Source: Trypethelium eluteriae (taxonomy: Eukaryota). From it: 32,569 nt of DNA. This document shows, piece after piece, positions 1 to 11,066 of this stretch; the first letter of the stretch is position 1; the number at the start of each line of letters is the position of its first letter. Position numbers and translations under genes: made by a program. The stretch is taken from assembly GCA_051942245.1 (NCBI GenBank), contig JAVECL010000256.1, forward strand, positions 1 to 32,569. Direction: 5' to 3'. The notes under the pieces were generated by a model. That model ran no database searches and had not been told where the DNA came from. It worked only from the letters and a program-made list of their open reading frames with translations.

Positions 1-1709
1 ACTCGGCGGCCTCCCCACCGTCTTCGTGGTGTGCTGCACATCGAGCAGGTGCTTCGCGGCCTCCTGCCACGAATCCGTATACAGCTTCTCTGCGGCGCGA
101 CGCCAGCCGCCGAGCTTCGCGGGGAGCGACGGGTGCTCCAGCTCGCGCGAGAGCTCGGACTGCCGTATGCTGCGGTCGACGACGGCGACGCAGTTCGCGA
201 GGAACACGCCCTGCAGAGGCCGCGTGCGGTGTAGGGCGCGAGCGCGCGTCTCGAGTGCGCTGTGCAGCGTGTCCAGCGTGTCGGTCGCGTAGTGCTGGAA
301 GAGTTGGCGGCCGTCGGCGCCGACGTCGAAGGTCGAGGAGGTGGTGCTGGTGGGGTTGGGAGGCGCCCAGCCGCCGTCGCCGAGGGAGCGCATGAGCGAC
401 GCGATGGGGTTCGTGTAGGATGTCATGGTTTGCAGCCGGGTCATGACTTCGGCGACGATTGGGATCGTGCTGCCGTCGGGGGGGAGGCTGGGCATGGATT
501 GGATGCGGGCGCGGATGTCGTCGAGGAGGCGGGGGAAGGCGAGTTTGGAGGTGTCGCGGATGGGTTTGAGTGCGTCGGAGATGGGTCGTTTGAGCTCGCC
601 GGTGCGGGATTCGAGGTTGATGGAGAGGGTGGAGACGACATCGACGATTTCAAAGCCGAGGTAGCAGTCGGTGATAAGATGAGCTTGTATGTGTGCGTTA
701 AGATCTCGAAGGGTTCGGGAGAAGTCGTTTAGAGAGGCCTGGCAGGTTGTGTTCAAGACCGGACTCCAGTCTTCGCGTGCAAAGATGTTGCAAATATTGT
801 CATATTCGGAGACGTACATGCCCTCCAAGCCTTGCGCGTACGTTCCGATGGCACATGCACCTTGTCTGTAGAGGGCATCGGCATTCGTTTTGCGTGCTGT
901 TGACATTGATGCTGAGGATAGGTTCTGGAGACTCGCCGCTATATAGTCGCCTCTTGTCTCTGCAAAGACTCTTGATGTTGGTGTATCCTTGACATCATAC
1001 TGAGACGTTTGAGATACAGTAGTTGCACAGTGGGCATTAACGGTCCTTAGCGTTGAGATCTTTTCCTGAGGTATAGTCGGGAATGGTTCCTCTGTCGATG
1101 TGTAAGCCCTGTCTTCTTTTCAAACTGATAGAACCCTCACGCTTTGTGATGTAATGGAGAGGCTCTATAGGCCTATTGTCCTCTCTTAAAACAGACCTGA
1201 AGATGTCTTCCAACTGCGTATTTCCCATTTTCAACAGCAGACTGAGTTCCGATACCGTTTTTTGATTTGACTTGAGATTCGAGCGTTTCAGATCGCCAAG
1301 AGCGCGGTTCATTCGATCGATAGATGCAATATAGTCATTCAACCCGGTCTTCTTTGGTCTGTCACTGTAATGTTAGAGAAGATTACTTGCGTTTCTTTGA
1401 ATGCGGGACTCCGTACCCTTGCTTTATAATGCGCTCTTCTCTATTAGTATTGTCCAGTGGGGCGCGCATGCGATCTATCGCATCTAGAAGTCGGTCAACG
1501 TTCGAGATTGAGGTCTGGATGCGTTGAGTATTTCCAAATGCAGGCCCGACTGAATCTTGCACATTGTCGCCAGTACTTTGCAGTCGAATGACGGAGCCTT
1601 GGATTCTCTTCGTCAGACCCTTGAGCTTCTCTAGATTCGCTGAGAGCACCTCCACTTCTGCGCTTTCCTCGGCATGCAGGCTTTTCTGGGCACCCATGAT
1701 TGCTGCCAT
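1..1709 (-). CDS. exo70: Exocyst complex subunit Exo70 (3' end runs out of the window)
   Basis: Spliced translation: MAAIMGAQKSLHAEESAEVEVLSANLEKLK...EERIIKQG / PKKTGLNDYIASIDR...IEPLHYITK / QEPFPTIPQEK...RGDYIAASLQNL...DCYLGFEIVDVVS...SLGDGGW, typical of Pezizomycotina Exo70. GT-AG introns at about 1416-1359 and 1140-1092; the last exon stays open to base 1. Confidence 0.92.
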
Positions 1710-2461
1710 CGTGGAATGAGGTCGAGTGGTGTAGGAGGACGATATCTTCAGTCCGGGTCTGATAAGAAATTGGATGTCAACTGTCTAGCATTATTATGGA
1801 GGATGTATGAAAAGTGTTCGTAATTTCAGGCAAGTCATTCATGCGTTGCACGGCATTAGAGTTCAGACAAGTTCCAAAAAGTAGAGGGATGTATCTGCAA
1901 CGAATGCGGAGAAAAGGTGGAGGTGGCCAGACGAAGAGATTGGAACTCCTGAACCGTGCATCATGACGCGCAGCAACGATGTGTCCCGAAGAAGCATCTC
2001 GACCCAAAAGGAGACGGTTTGATTCACCCCGGCCCCGGTAACGCGAAAAAGTACTGTGCGATAGCCTCTGTGCCCCTTATGAGTTGGCTGCAGCTAGGAA
2101 ACAAAGGGACCAACCCTACATCACACTTTGCGCTATGCTATCGAGGCGAGGCGCTAAAGGTATTCATTCAATTGACTTGATCCCCCGCGACTCCTATAAA
2201 TATTGGGCAATCGGATGGACTGTGACCGTAGCAGTTGCACCCGGGGTTGTTGCTCACTCAGCTATGCATCTCATTCACTGGTAATCCAAAAGCGTCCGCT
2301 CCTGCTCAGCTTTCCAGGACCAGCTCTTGCCTGAACATCGTACATTTCTCCTAGCTATGTCTCACAGACTGGAGTATGAAGATGTTTGTTACCACCACGT
2401 CGCTCTCCCCTTGTGACCTGAGATAACTTCACTCGTCTTGTTGCCAAAGTCTTCACATCAA

Positions 2462-3562
2462 ATGGCGTCGAAATTGACTGCTCGACCCCCCCGCTTCGTG
2501 CTCTTGGCAGCCTTTGTATTCATTGTAATACTTCTTTCTCTAATGTTCTCGTCCAAAAGACCATATGTGAATGACTTCCCTGCAAGGACTAATCCTCTGG
2601 AGTTCGGAACTGGTCTCATATCCAGCATATCAGATGAAGCGCCAATGGCAGATGAAACAGGAACTGAAAGACTTGCGTATGCAACTTTTCTCACAGCAAC
2701 CATGGCCAACCTCGATGATCCTAATGACGAACACGACCTTTACTTCATAGCGACTCGAATCCTGGCTTGGCAGATTTTGCACTCTCCAGTGACGGCAACG
2801 AATCGTTCCATTCCCTTTCTTGTTCTGGTCACCGAAGATATATCTGAATCCAAGCGCGAACGCCTCACAATGGACGGTGCCACTGTCGTACCCGTTGAGT
2901 ATCTCAGAGAAGGCACTGATTGGATACATGGAGAAATGCCAGAGTGGAGAGATGTCATCACGAAATTACGTGCCTGGCAGTTGACAGAATACTCGCGCAT
3001 CTTATTTCTTGATGGCGACATGATCTTGACAGGACCACTCGACGATATTTTCGACATACCGGCCGCCACTCCAGCAAGCACCATCCGCAACGAGGACATA
3101 CAAATATCGGACGAGGAGTCTCCTCCTCCCGACAAATACGTGCTTGCCTCCATAGCTGAAGTCAACCCAGTTCATGCTCCTAATCCGACAGTGGAAAATG
3201 GCGATTTCAAGGATCCTGACTATTTCAACGCGGGATTCTTCCTTTTCTCGCCCTCCCAGCCGCTCTTCGAACATTACAAATCCATCATGAACATACCATA
3301 TCGCTTTGATCCACGATATCCGGAACAGAATCTCCTCAACTACGCGCATCGGCCGGAAGGTAGCATGCCATGGCAGGACCTGGGCTCGAAATGGAATATC
3401 CGATTTCCAAATCTAGACGACCTAGCCAGTGGAGTGCAGAGTTTGCACGATAAGTGGTGGCATCCACATATGGACGGAAGATTGAACGAATTCTACCAGG
3501 AGGTTAGGTGGAGGATGGAAGGCTTCTATGAGGCCTGGGATCAGGGCATGGGATTTGAGTAA
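2462..3562 (+). CDS. Glycosyltransferase family 8 protein (type II membrane, glycogenin/GNT1-like)
   Basis: Single-exon ORF, first ATG at 2462. N-terminal TM (FVLLAAFVFIVILLSLMF), AYATFL, TKLRAWQLTEYSRILFLDGDM (DxD motif), YFNAGFF and PEQNLLN motifs of GT8. Confidence 0.88.
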   Translation: MASKLTARPPRFVLLAAFVFIVILLSLMFSSKRPYVNDFPARTNPLEFGTGLISSISDEAPMADETGTERLAYATFLTATMANLDDPNDEHDLYFIATRILAWQILHSPVTATNRSIPFLVLVTEDISESKRERLTMDGATVVPVEYLREGTDWIHGEMPEWRDVITKLRAWQLTEYSRILFLDGDMILTGPLDDIFDIPAATPASTIRNEDIQISDEESPPPDKYVLASIAEVNPVHAPNPTVENGDFKDPDYFNAGFFLFSPSQPLFEHYKSIMNIPYRFDPRYPEQNLLNYAHRPEGSMPWQDLGSKWNIRFPNLDDLASGVQSLHDKWWHPHMDGRLNEFYQEVRWRMEGFYEAWDQGMGFE

Positions 3563-3636
3563 TGGCACTGTTGACACGTCTCCTCCGCCCCTTTCTAGTC
3601 TATTAACATGGCATTTGAATCATTGTGCAGTCACTG

Positions 3637-3668
3637 ATGCTTGAATGCTTGAATGCTTGAATGCATGA
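3637..3668 (+). repeat. Short tandem repeat (TTGAATGC)x~3-4 downstream of the GT8 gene
   Basis: Sequence reads gatgc ttgaatgc ttgaatgc ttgaatgc atgaa. Confidence 0.8.
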
Positions 3669-4246
3669 AATAATTTCTTGTACGGTCTGTAATGTATGCC
3701 TTGAGGGAGCCAAGAAAGAAACCAGGATAATCAAAGTCTGGTCTACGTTAATGTCCGAAGAATTTTGTTGAATGTGTACATTACAAAAAATCTCAACCCT
3801 TACTCCTCGTACCTTCCACTATGGTTATAGAATTAACGATGCGCGACCAGGTAGATAAGCTGATGGAAAGCTTTATGACTTCCATTTAGCCGATCACTAC
3901 CTAGGGTATTGAAAGCGCTCTTCTCTTACTAAACTACGCGTAAACTCGAGAAAGATAGTGTTCTCTGGGGGATGGTTTCTTGGGCTCGGTCCTAAAGGAG
4001 CAGAAAGTAGATTTTATGCATTTGAGAAGATGATCCTCTCATATACTACTTTGATAGAGACAATAAGCCAGTCAGGGACATGTTCTGTCCCGACGCTGTG
4101 GGTGGTTCCTGACGATCATCGCACGGGCCAATGACGACTTTTGCCTTGCCATCTAGAAAGCTTGATGCAGGCTTCCATTTCTCCACAGTGCATATTTCTC
4201 CCTTCAATACCCGGCGTCTTTCCTTCAAATCTGGTGCTTGATATGA

Positions 4247-6816
4247 ATGCTTCGGCGCTTCGCTCAAATGCCTCCGGTATGGATCAGGCCCAGCCGGACG
4301 TGTTTACGTCCACAATTCTCAAGCCAAAATAAAGGTAGAATTCGAAGGTCGGTTCTTTTCGGAACACTCGAAGACTTCATTTCTAATTTCGATGCAGCTT
4401 TGGCTTCCGCCATCATCAGCATTCTTTCACACGGAGATGCGGTTTCGAGAGCGCCACAATTGCGACCGCAGCAAGCGTAGCCCTTCTCTTGACTTTCGTT
4501 GGCGCATGCACAACAGGTGCTGGATTCCTACTTAGACCTCGTCAAACATTTCGCGTACGCGCAGACAGCGCTGAGGATACAAATTGGTGGTTTGGCCGTC
4601 CGATAGATGTTGCGTCAAGAAATGAGATCAGAAAGGAAAACTACAGGGAGTTTATGGACACCGATGAATCAGAGGATCATGATGCTGCTCCATCGACTCC
4701 AGGTGAAGGCGAAGCAGAGGTCCACCTACCTGCACATACTCCACTGTCGACCGACGACGCAGGCTTCTTTCCCGTGTGGCTGAAGAGTCTACCGGGATTT
4801 ATTAGAAAGCTGCAGTCTGAACTTTCAATGGCACCTGGATCTCTAGCCGAGGAACTGTGGTGGGAGGCCAATGATCCTGAGTGTAATCCCGAAATCGTCT
4901 GGGATGCTCGAGTGCGTGTTTCTGAGGAGTTGTGCGACGAAGAACGAGCTTTCCTGCGTCAACGGCGACAGAAGACACGCACTGCTTTGGCAAGGTACCT
5001 GGATTTGAAAGAGCAGGAAATTCACGAGGAAGACATTCCGACTATAGCCTTGTGTAGTTCGGGAGGTGGGCTGAGAGCTCTCGTCGCCGGTGCAGGGAGC
5101 TATCTGGCAACGAAGCAAGATGGACTTTTCGATTGCGTCACGTATACGGCAGGCGTTTCTGGATCTTGCTGGCTGCAAGCGTTGTATTACTCTTCGATCG
5201 CAAAACAAAGCCATGCAAAGCTGATTCAACACTTGAAGAACCGTTTGGGAACCCACATTACTTTTCCACCAGCTGCCTTGGGGCTCCTTAGCTCTGCACC
5301 GACGAACAAATACCTGCTGAGTGGAGTCCTCGAGAAAAAACGCGGTGACCCAAATGCCGACTTTGGGCTTGTGGATATCTATGGTATTTTACTTGCAGCA
5401 CGGCTCATGGTTCCAAAGGGTGACCTTGCCGTCAATGAGCACGACCTCAAAGTCTCCAATCAACGTCGCTACATTGACGCAGGCCACCATCCACTACCCA
5501 TATATTCTGCAGTTCGTCATGAAGTCCCCCTTGAATCTGAACTCGCCAAGGCCAAAGATGATGAGCATCAATCTCTCAATGAAGAGGCCCAACGAAAAGC
5601 TGTGGAGAAGGCGAAGCAGGCATCATGGTTTCAGTGGTTTGAATGTACGCCATATGAGTTCTTCTGCGAAGAGCTCGGTGCCGGTATTCCAACGTATGCG
5701 CTGGGTAGGCCCTTCACGAGTGGGGACACTGAATGGCGCGAGAATGGCTTAGCGCTTCCAGAGCTACGATTGCCTCTGTTGATGGGCATATGGGGATCTG
5801 CATTCTGCGCAACTTTAAGCCATTACTGGAAAGAAATCAAGCCTCTTGTCCAAACCCTGGCTGGATTCCGGGTTTCTGGGCTAGAAGCATGGATCGAGAG
5901 TCAGGATGAGGAAATGGGAAAAGTGCATCCCATTGAGCCTGCTACTATCGCAAACTTCGCCTACAATATGGGAGTACGGTTACCTGCAAATATACCCCAG
6001 AGTATGACGAGCAGTAAGACCTTAGAGCTAATGGATGCCGGAATGAGTAACAATTTGCCGTTATATCCGCTTCTTAGACCGGAAAGAGAGGTCGATGTGC
6101 TAGTGGCTTTTGATGTCAGTGCTGATATCAAGAAGGAAAACTGGATCGGAGTCGCAGACGGGTATGCCAGACGACGAGGAGTGAAGGGATGGCCAATCGG
6201 CGCCGGTTGGCCAACAGAGGACGAGAGTGTGGATCAAACAAAGCGTGATCTGGATGAGGCGCAGTCGAGTTCAAGCGCAGAGGCTTCTGCAAAGATCGAG
6301 AATGCGAGGCGAGCTCAGCTAAAGGAACAGTCGCAGAAGAAGAATGTCTCACCTATTCCTGGAGGCAGAACAACGGATTTGGGATACTGCACTGTCTGGG
6401 TTGGCACCACCGAAGAACGCACCTCATCTACCGACGTTCAGCCCATTCACTCTGATTCCGACTGGCATCTCATGCCTCCACCCGAGAAAGCAGGACTGAC
6501 ACTCATCTACTTTCCTCTTATCCAAAATCCGCGTGTTCCATCCATCGATCCCCAGACATCGACGCCACCATTTCTCTCCACTTGGAACTTCATCTACAAG
6601 CCAGAGGAAGTGGATAATTGTGTCACATTGGCAAAAGCAAATTTTGAAGAGGGTAAAGATCAGACACGACGCGCGATACGGGCTGTCTACGAGAGGAAGA
6701 AAGAGCGAAGATTGGCCAAGGAGTGGGCGGAGAAAGAAGAAAGAAGGAGATGGAAGATAAGGAGAGGAGAGCTGGGAAGAAAGGGTAATGGAGATCATGG
6801 AGATCAATTCAGTTGA
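4247..6816 (+). CDS. Cytosolic phospholipase A2-like / lysophospholipase (PLA2_B catalytic domain)
   Basis: Motifs SSGGGLRA (oxyanion/Arg), AGVSGSCW (nucleophile Ser) and LMDAG (catalytic Asp) in ORF 4489-6816. The reading frame extends upstream to an acceptor at 4397; a 50-nt intron (4348-4397; GTCGGT...CTAAT...CAG) joins it in frame to the ATG at 4247. Confidence 0.88.
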
Positions 6817-7467
6817 GGGCCTCCTCAGCAAGGCGTAAGATATTGCTGGATATACCCATTTGGTAGGAAACATTGATGTTCGTTTGTTGAATCTATCTCG
6901 CGATTATTCCGCAGTCCCCACGATGGTGAAGATTGTGGATCTTTCAAATAGTCGTGTCTTAAGTCCTGTGATTGGAGACTTAAGTGACTAGCTAGAAAGT
7001 CTCAAGGTCGCTCCGCCAGTCAAATCTAGTAAGTCTATCATATGTCTTCTCAATCTTTCCTTTTCGACGGTGCGGTAATTGGAGATGCCAGATAACCTTT
7101 ACAGCCTTTCGATATTACGTTTAGAGTCGACTAACACTAGATATCCACGCGCCACTCGATCGTGTCTCTTTCTATGCCTGATCTCGTCCCTGCAGCCACT
7201 CGTTGAGTCGTTAGTCGGTAAACACCTGCAGCTATCTCCACCAGCAGTCCATTGACTTAGGTACCTGCGCGTGCGCATGCACATGCAGGTCCACTGCAGC
7301 GTCCATCCTCCCATGGCGTAACAATTGGTAGTTAAGCAAGAACTACCATGTCCTCATGGTGATGTCAGCAGCAAGAAGGAAACAGGACTTCGTATCATGT
7401 CCATGGGGTAATCAGCAAAGCCATGCAACAACTAATCTATCAACCCATCAAGTTCATCATGTTAAAG

Positions 7468-7795
7468 CTATTGGAGTAACATCACTAGGGCTGTGCGGCG
7501 CTGGGGCGGCGCTCGTGAATGGCCTGCGTCATATTCTTCCATCAGTTCCTCAGCTCCGTTGAGATCTTCTTTGTCGTACCACAAATCGTGGGCTGGGCCC
7601 CATCCTGCCCATTTCACGAGGTATTGTATCACTCCCTGTGGCGAAATTCGTTTATCCAACAGTCGTTCGATTTCGTATCTGTCGGAGTTCTCATCACCGT
7701 CTGCATATATAGGTCCTGGATTCTCTGCCGGAGTTCTTTCGTATGGGTCAGGGCCGGCGGCAGCTCGTTCCAGTTGGGCGATTGATACGACTGGG
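7468..7795 (-). mobile_element. Relic of a Ty3/gypsy chromovirus pol C-terminus (integrase tail + chromodomain)
   Basis: Minus-strand frame reads PVVSIAQLERAAAGPDPYERTPAENPGP...YEIERLLDKRISPQGVIQYLVKWAGWGPAHDLWYDKEDLNGAEELMEEYD, i.e. an integrase-tail PVxSxxQLE motif followed by a chromodomain. No RT, RNase H or integrase core is seen nearby. Confidence 0.8.
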
Positions 7796-8280
7796 ACGAG
7801 CTGCTGCCGGCTCTGATAGGTTTCGCGACAAGTAGTTTCTCATACTTGCGTCTCTCCAGCATTGGTCGCCGGCAATTATATCAACCCCAAGGCGTCGCTG
7901 TGGCACATAATCTCTACTACCTTTCGGAGCAGAAGGTTCAGCACTTATCCAAGAGGAAACGACTCACGTATAAATGCGGGCAATTTTTGGACCTAGACGT
8001 CTTCGTCAACTTGCTCTCAACCCAACGTTCTCCTTTTGAAATGTATTATAAGCAATCTTGATCCATTTCTGCTTATGGTACAAGCTATCTTGCATATTCC
8101 TTTTTTGCTTCACGTGCTAATAGCAGGAGAAGTCATTTACATACAGGGCAAGCGCGCTGAGACTTCTCTCCTCTTTCAACAATCTAAATCAAGGTAGCTT
8201 CTTAAAGCCCAAAGCCACGAAAAGATGGTAGAAATTTTACTGGACAAGCGGGATTGCTGGAGGCGAAATGAGGACGTCAT

Positions 8281-9981
8281 TTAGGCTTTCCCTTTTGCAG
8301 ACCTCCGAGTATGCAGCACAAGAAAACTTGACATAACCAGAGTTAGGGCTCCCGAAGTAATGATCAGGACATAGGCATTTGACATGCTCTTAAGTATGGC
8401 ATGCAATACCTCAGCCTGCTTGGCGCGATCCAGAGTAGCGAGATACTCGCTTCCAACACCGGATACAACCTGGAGAGTCGGTGCATCTGGTGGTAAAATC
8501 GGTTTTAGAGCAGCGACTGCTTTGTTCAGAAAGACAGAGTTCGCAATGCTCAACGTGATTGCTGGAGCGGCAAGTTGGGCGCCAGTGATCAGACCGACTG
8601 CTGCAGGAATCATACTCGGCTCGACGAAACCTTGGGCTGCGTTGAAAGGCATCTGAATATACGCCCCAGATCCAGATCCAATCAGAATGCTGTAGCCATA
8701 TATTTTGGCTGGGGAAGTCGACTCGTCGACAGTATACATAAGTGCTCCACCAATAAGTACGAGCGCTCCCCCATAGAAGAACCAGGGCATCCAATGACCT
8801 GTCTTGCTGACTACATTTCCACAAACCATCACTGTGCCAACCATGAAGCAGATGAATGGCAACAGATAAATGCCAGCTTTGAGCGGAGAATCGCCACGTA
8901 CGTACTGAAAGCTTTACGTTGGTTGGTCAGCTCTGGACTGATTGAGTGATTTATGCTCTGTGTACTTACTAAAGAGGGATGAAGTAGATGGGTAAGAAGC
9001 AAGCTGTGGCGGAACATGTCTCATTGAGAAAGATAGCCAGGATGCTAATATTCTTCACCAGGCTTACTGGAAAGACAGTAGATTTTGTGAAAAATCCCAG
9101 TCCCTGTTGTACAGCGAAAGCCACGGTTAGAACAAAAGCCACAACGAACAGGGCTATCGTACGACCAGAGCCCCAAGGGTATACCACGCCGCCGAAGCAA
9201 ATGCCCATGATGAGTGCCGTCGCAGCACCAGCAAGGAGAATCATCCCCAGCCAGTCAATGTTTCTCAATCGATCTCTCATAGAGATACCGGGTTGTGGAT
9301 CAATGGATGGGACCAGGAAAAGGTATACCGGAGCACACGCTGCGCCAACGCAGAGATTGATATAGAATCCCCATCGCCAAGTAACGTAAAGCGCAAAGGC
9401 TCCCCCAATGACTGGTCCTAGAACAGTTCCCAATCCCCACGTAATTCCAGGAATGCCCATATAAAGAGCACGTTCTTTCTCAGTCGTGGTAAGAGAGAGC
9501 AGTGTCAAGACGCCGGTGTACATCCCAGCACCGCCTACACCGCAGATCGCTCGGCCAGCAATGAGGGCTGACTCTGACGGAGCTGCGCCGCAGACTGCTG
9601 ATCCGACCTCGAAGACGACAATGCAGGAGATGAAAACCCATTTCGAGTTGAGATGGCTGTATATCTGACCCCTGATTTTCTCAGTCCTCTATTCAGGTCA
9701 TGAGTACATCTCGACGCTGTAAACACTCACCAAGATAACACAGTGGCAGCAGCACCAAGAAAGAACGCCACAGAATTCCAGGCGAGTCTATCGAGAGAAT
9801 GGAACTGGTTGACGAAGGTGGCTTGGATATCGGCAACAATAGTGCCATCAATTCCCCAGAGGAAAGTGGCGGAAATCAGGGAGACCACGACGAGCAACCA
9901 GCTGACACCGTGAATTGTGCGACTAGAGCTCGGCGCGCTGACTTCCTCAATCTGGCTCTGCGTCTTCTCTGTATTTGCCAT
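8281..9981 (-). CDS. MFS efflux transporter, DHA2 (14-TM) family
   Basis: Three exons (introns about 9730-9672 and 8969-8912). Motifs FLWGIDGTIVA, FEVGSAVCGAAP...IAGRAICGVGGAG, GTVLGPVIGGAF..WRWGFYINL, YFIPLYFQYVRG, as in fungal toxin/secondary-metabolite efflux pumps. Confidence 0.92.
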
Positions 9982-11066
9982 GGTCACGTTCTGTGGATGG
10001 ATGTTGGCACTAATCCATTGAACGCAAAATCGTACTCGGCAGGTCATATATCGCCCTCGGCGCAAATTTTCATCGATGCCAGCCGATCCCAATAGGAGAC
10101 AGGTCCCAATAAGCTCGAAAGCATCCGTAGACCATCCCTGACTACTATTCTCGTGAAGACTAACTTACTGTCGAGCCGCTGATGCCGCCTCGCTTGACTA
10201 TGAGCATCGTTCGGAAGGCTGCCAACGCTGTAGTGCAGTATTAATCCTATGCGTGTGATTCTACAAACTCTCTTTGATCCTTTGAAACAGTAGCGCCCTT
10301 GAGCTTCGAGAGCCTCCTATATGATATTGTAGAATAGTGTGTCGCGCATCCTTTCTGCATGCTGTCTAGTACGGGGCGAATTGGGTCTTCCACGAATTAG
10401 CATCAACCCCAGTATCCGGTACATACGCGCGATAGCCTCGTGCGAAGATGCATTCATGCGGAGCATATCATTTGCCGGCAAATCCCTAGATCATTCAGCC
10501 ACCGAGCGACAAAGTTCAGTAACGGCACGGGAAGAGCCGAAGACGTACAGTCATGCAAGCCAGCTAGGTAAGAAATTGACAGGCGGCTCGTTGCATCCGA
10601 CGGATGATCCCGTTCTCCCCTAGATAAGGTACCAGCCCACCAACCCACCTACTGGTACCCTGATGGTTAGAGTTGGCTGAGATAGCGCCCTATGATCTGC
10701 TAAATCTGGGTGTCTGCTCGCGAAGAGATCTTGGCAGAAATCTCGAAGGGGTTCGATGGATGAACCCTTGCACTTGCCTATTCTGCTTTGAACCCTGACA
10801 AGGCGGGGAACGTGACCGATGAAAAATGCAAGGACCTCACGTCATACGATAAGTTAGACTGCACCTTATCTGACTTCCACTCTCATTTCTCGTCTGACTT
10901 CTAGTGTGCAATCTCATCTGAACTCTAAGAGAACCCTGTCTATCCCACCTGCCCATTGCCCGGCACTTGTCTCATGCATATCTACAATATATCTTTCCCA
11001 CACCGCCACCCGTGCCCTGACGCCAAACAGGAAACAATTGAAGCTGCCGACGGCATCTACCTAGAC

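Noticed and set aside
26..992. Several plus-strand ORFs at the window start
   Set aside because: Antisense shadows of the GC-rich exo70 coding exon.
6900..7467. Possible LTR next to the chromodomain fragment, including an imperfect hairpin at ~7263-7290
   Set aside because: No second copy, convincing TG...CA boundaries, polypurine tract or target-site duplication could be identified; the hairpin is short and could be chance.
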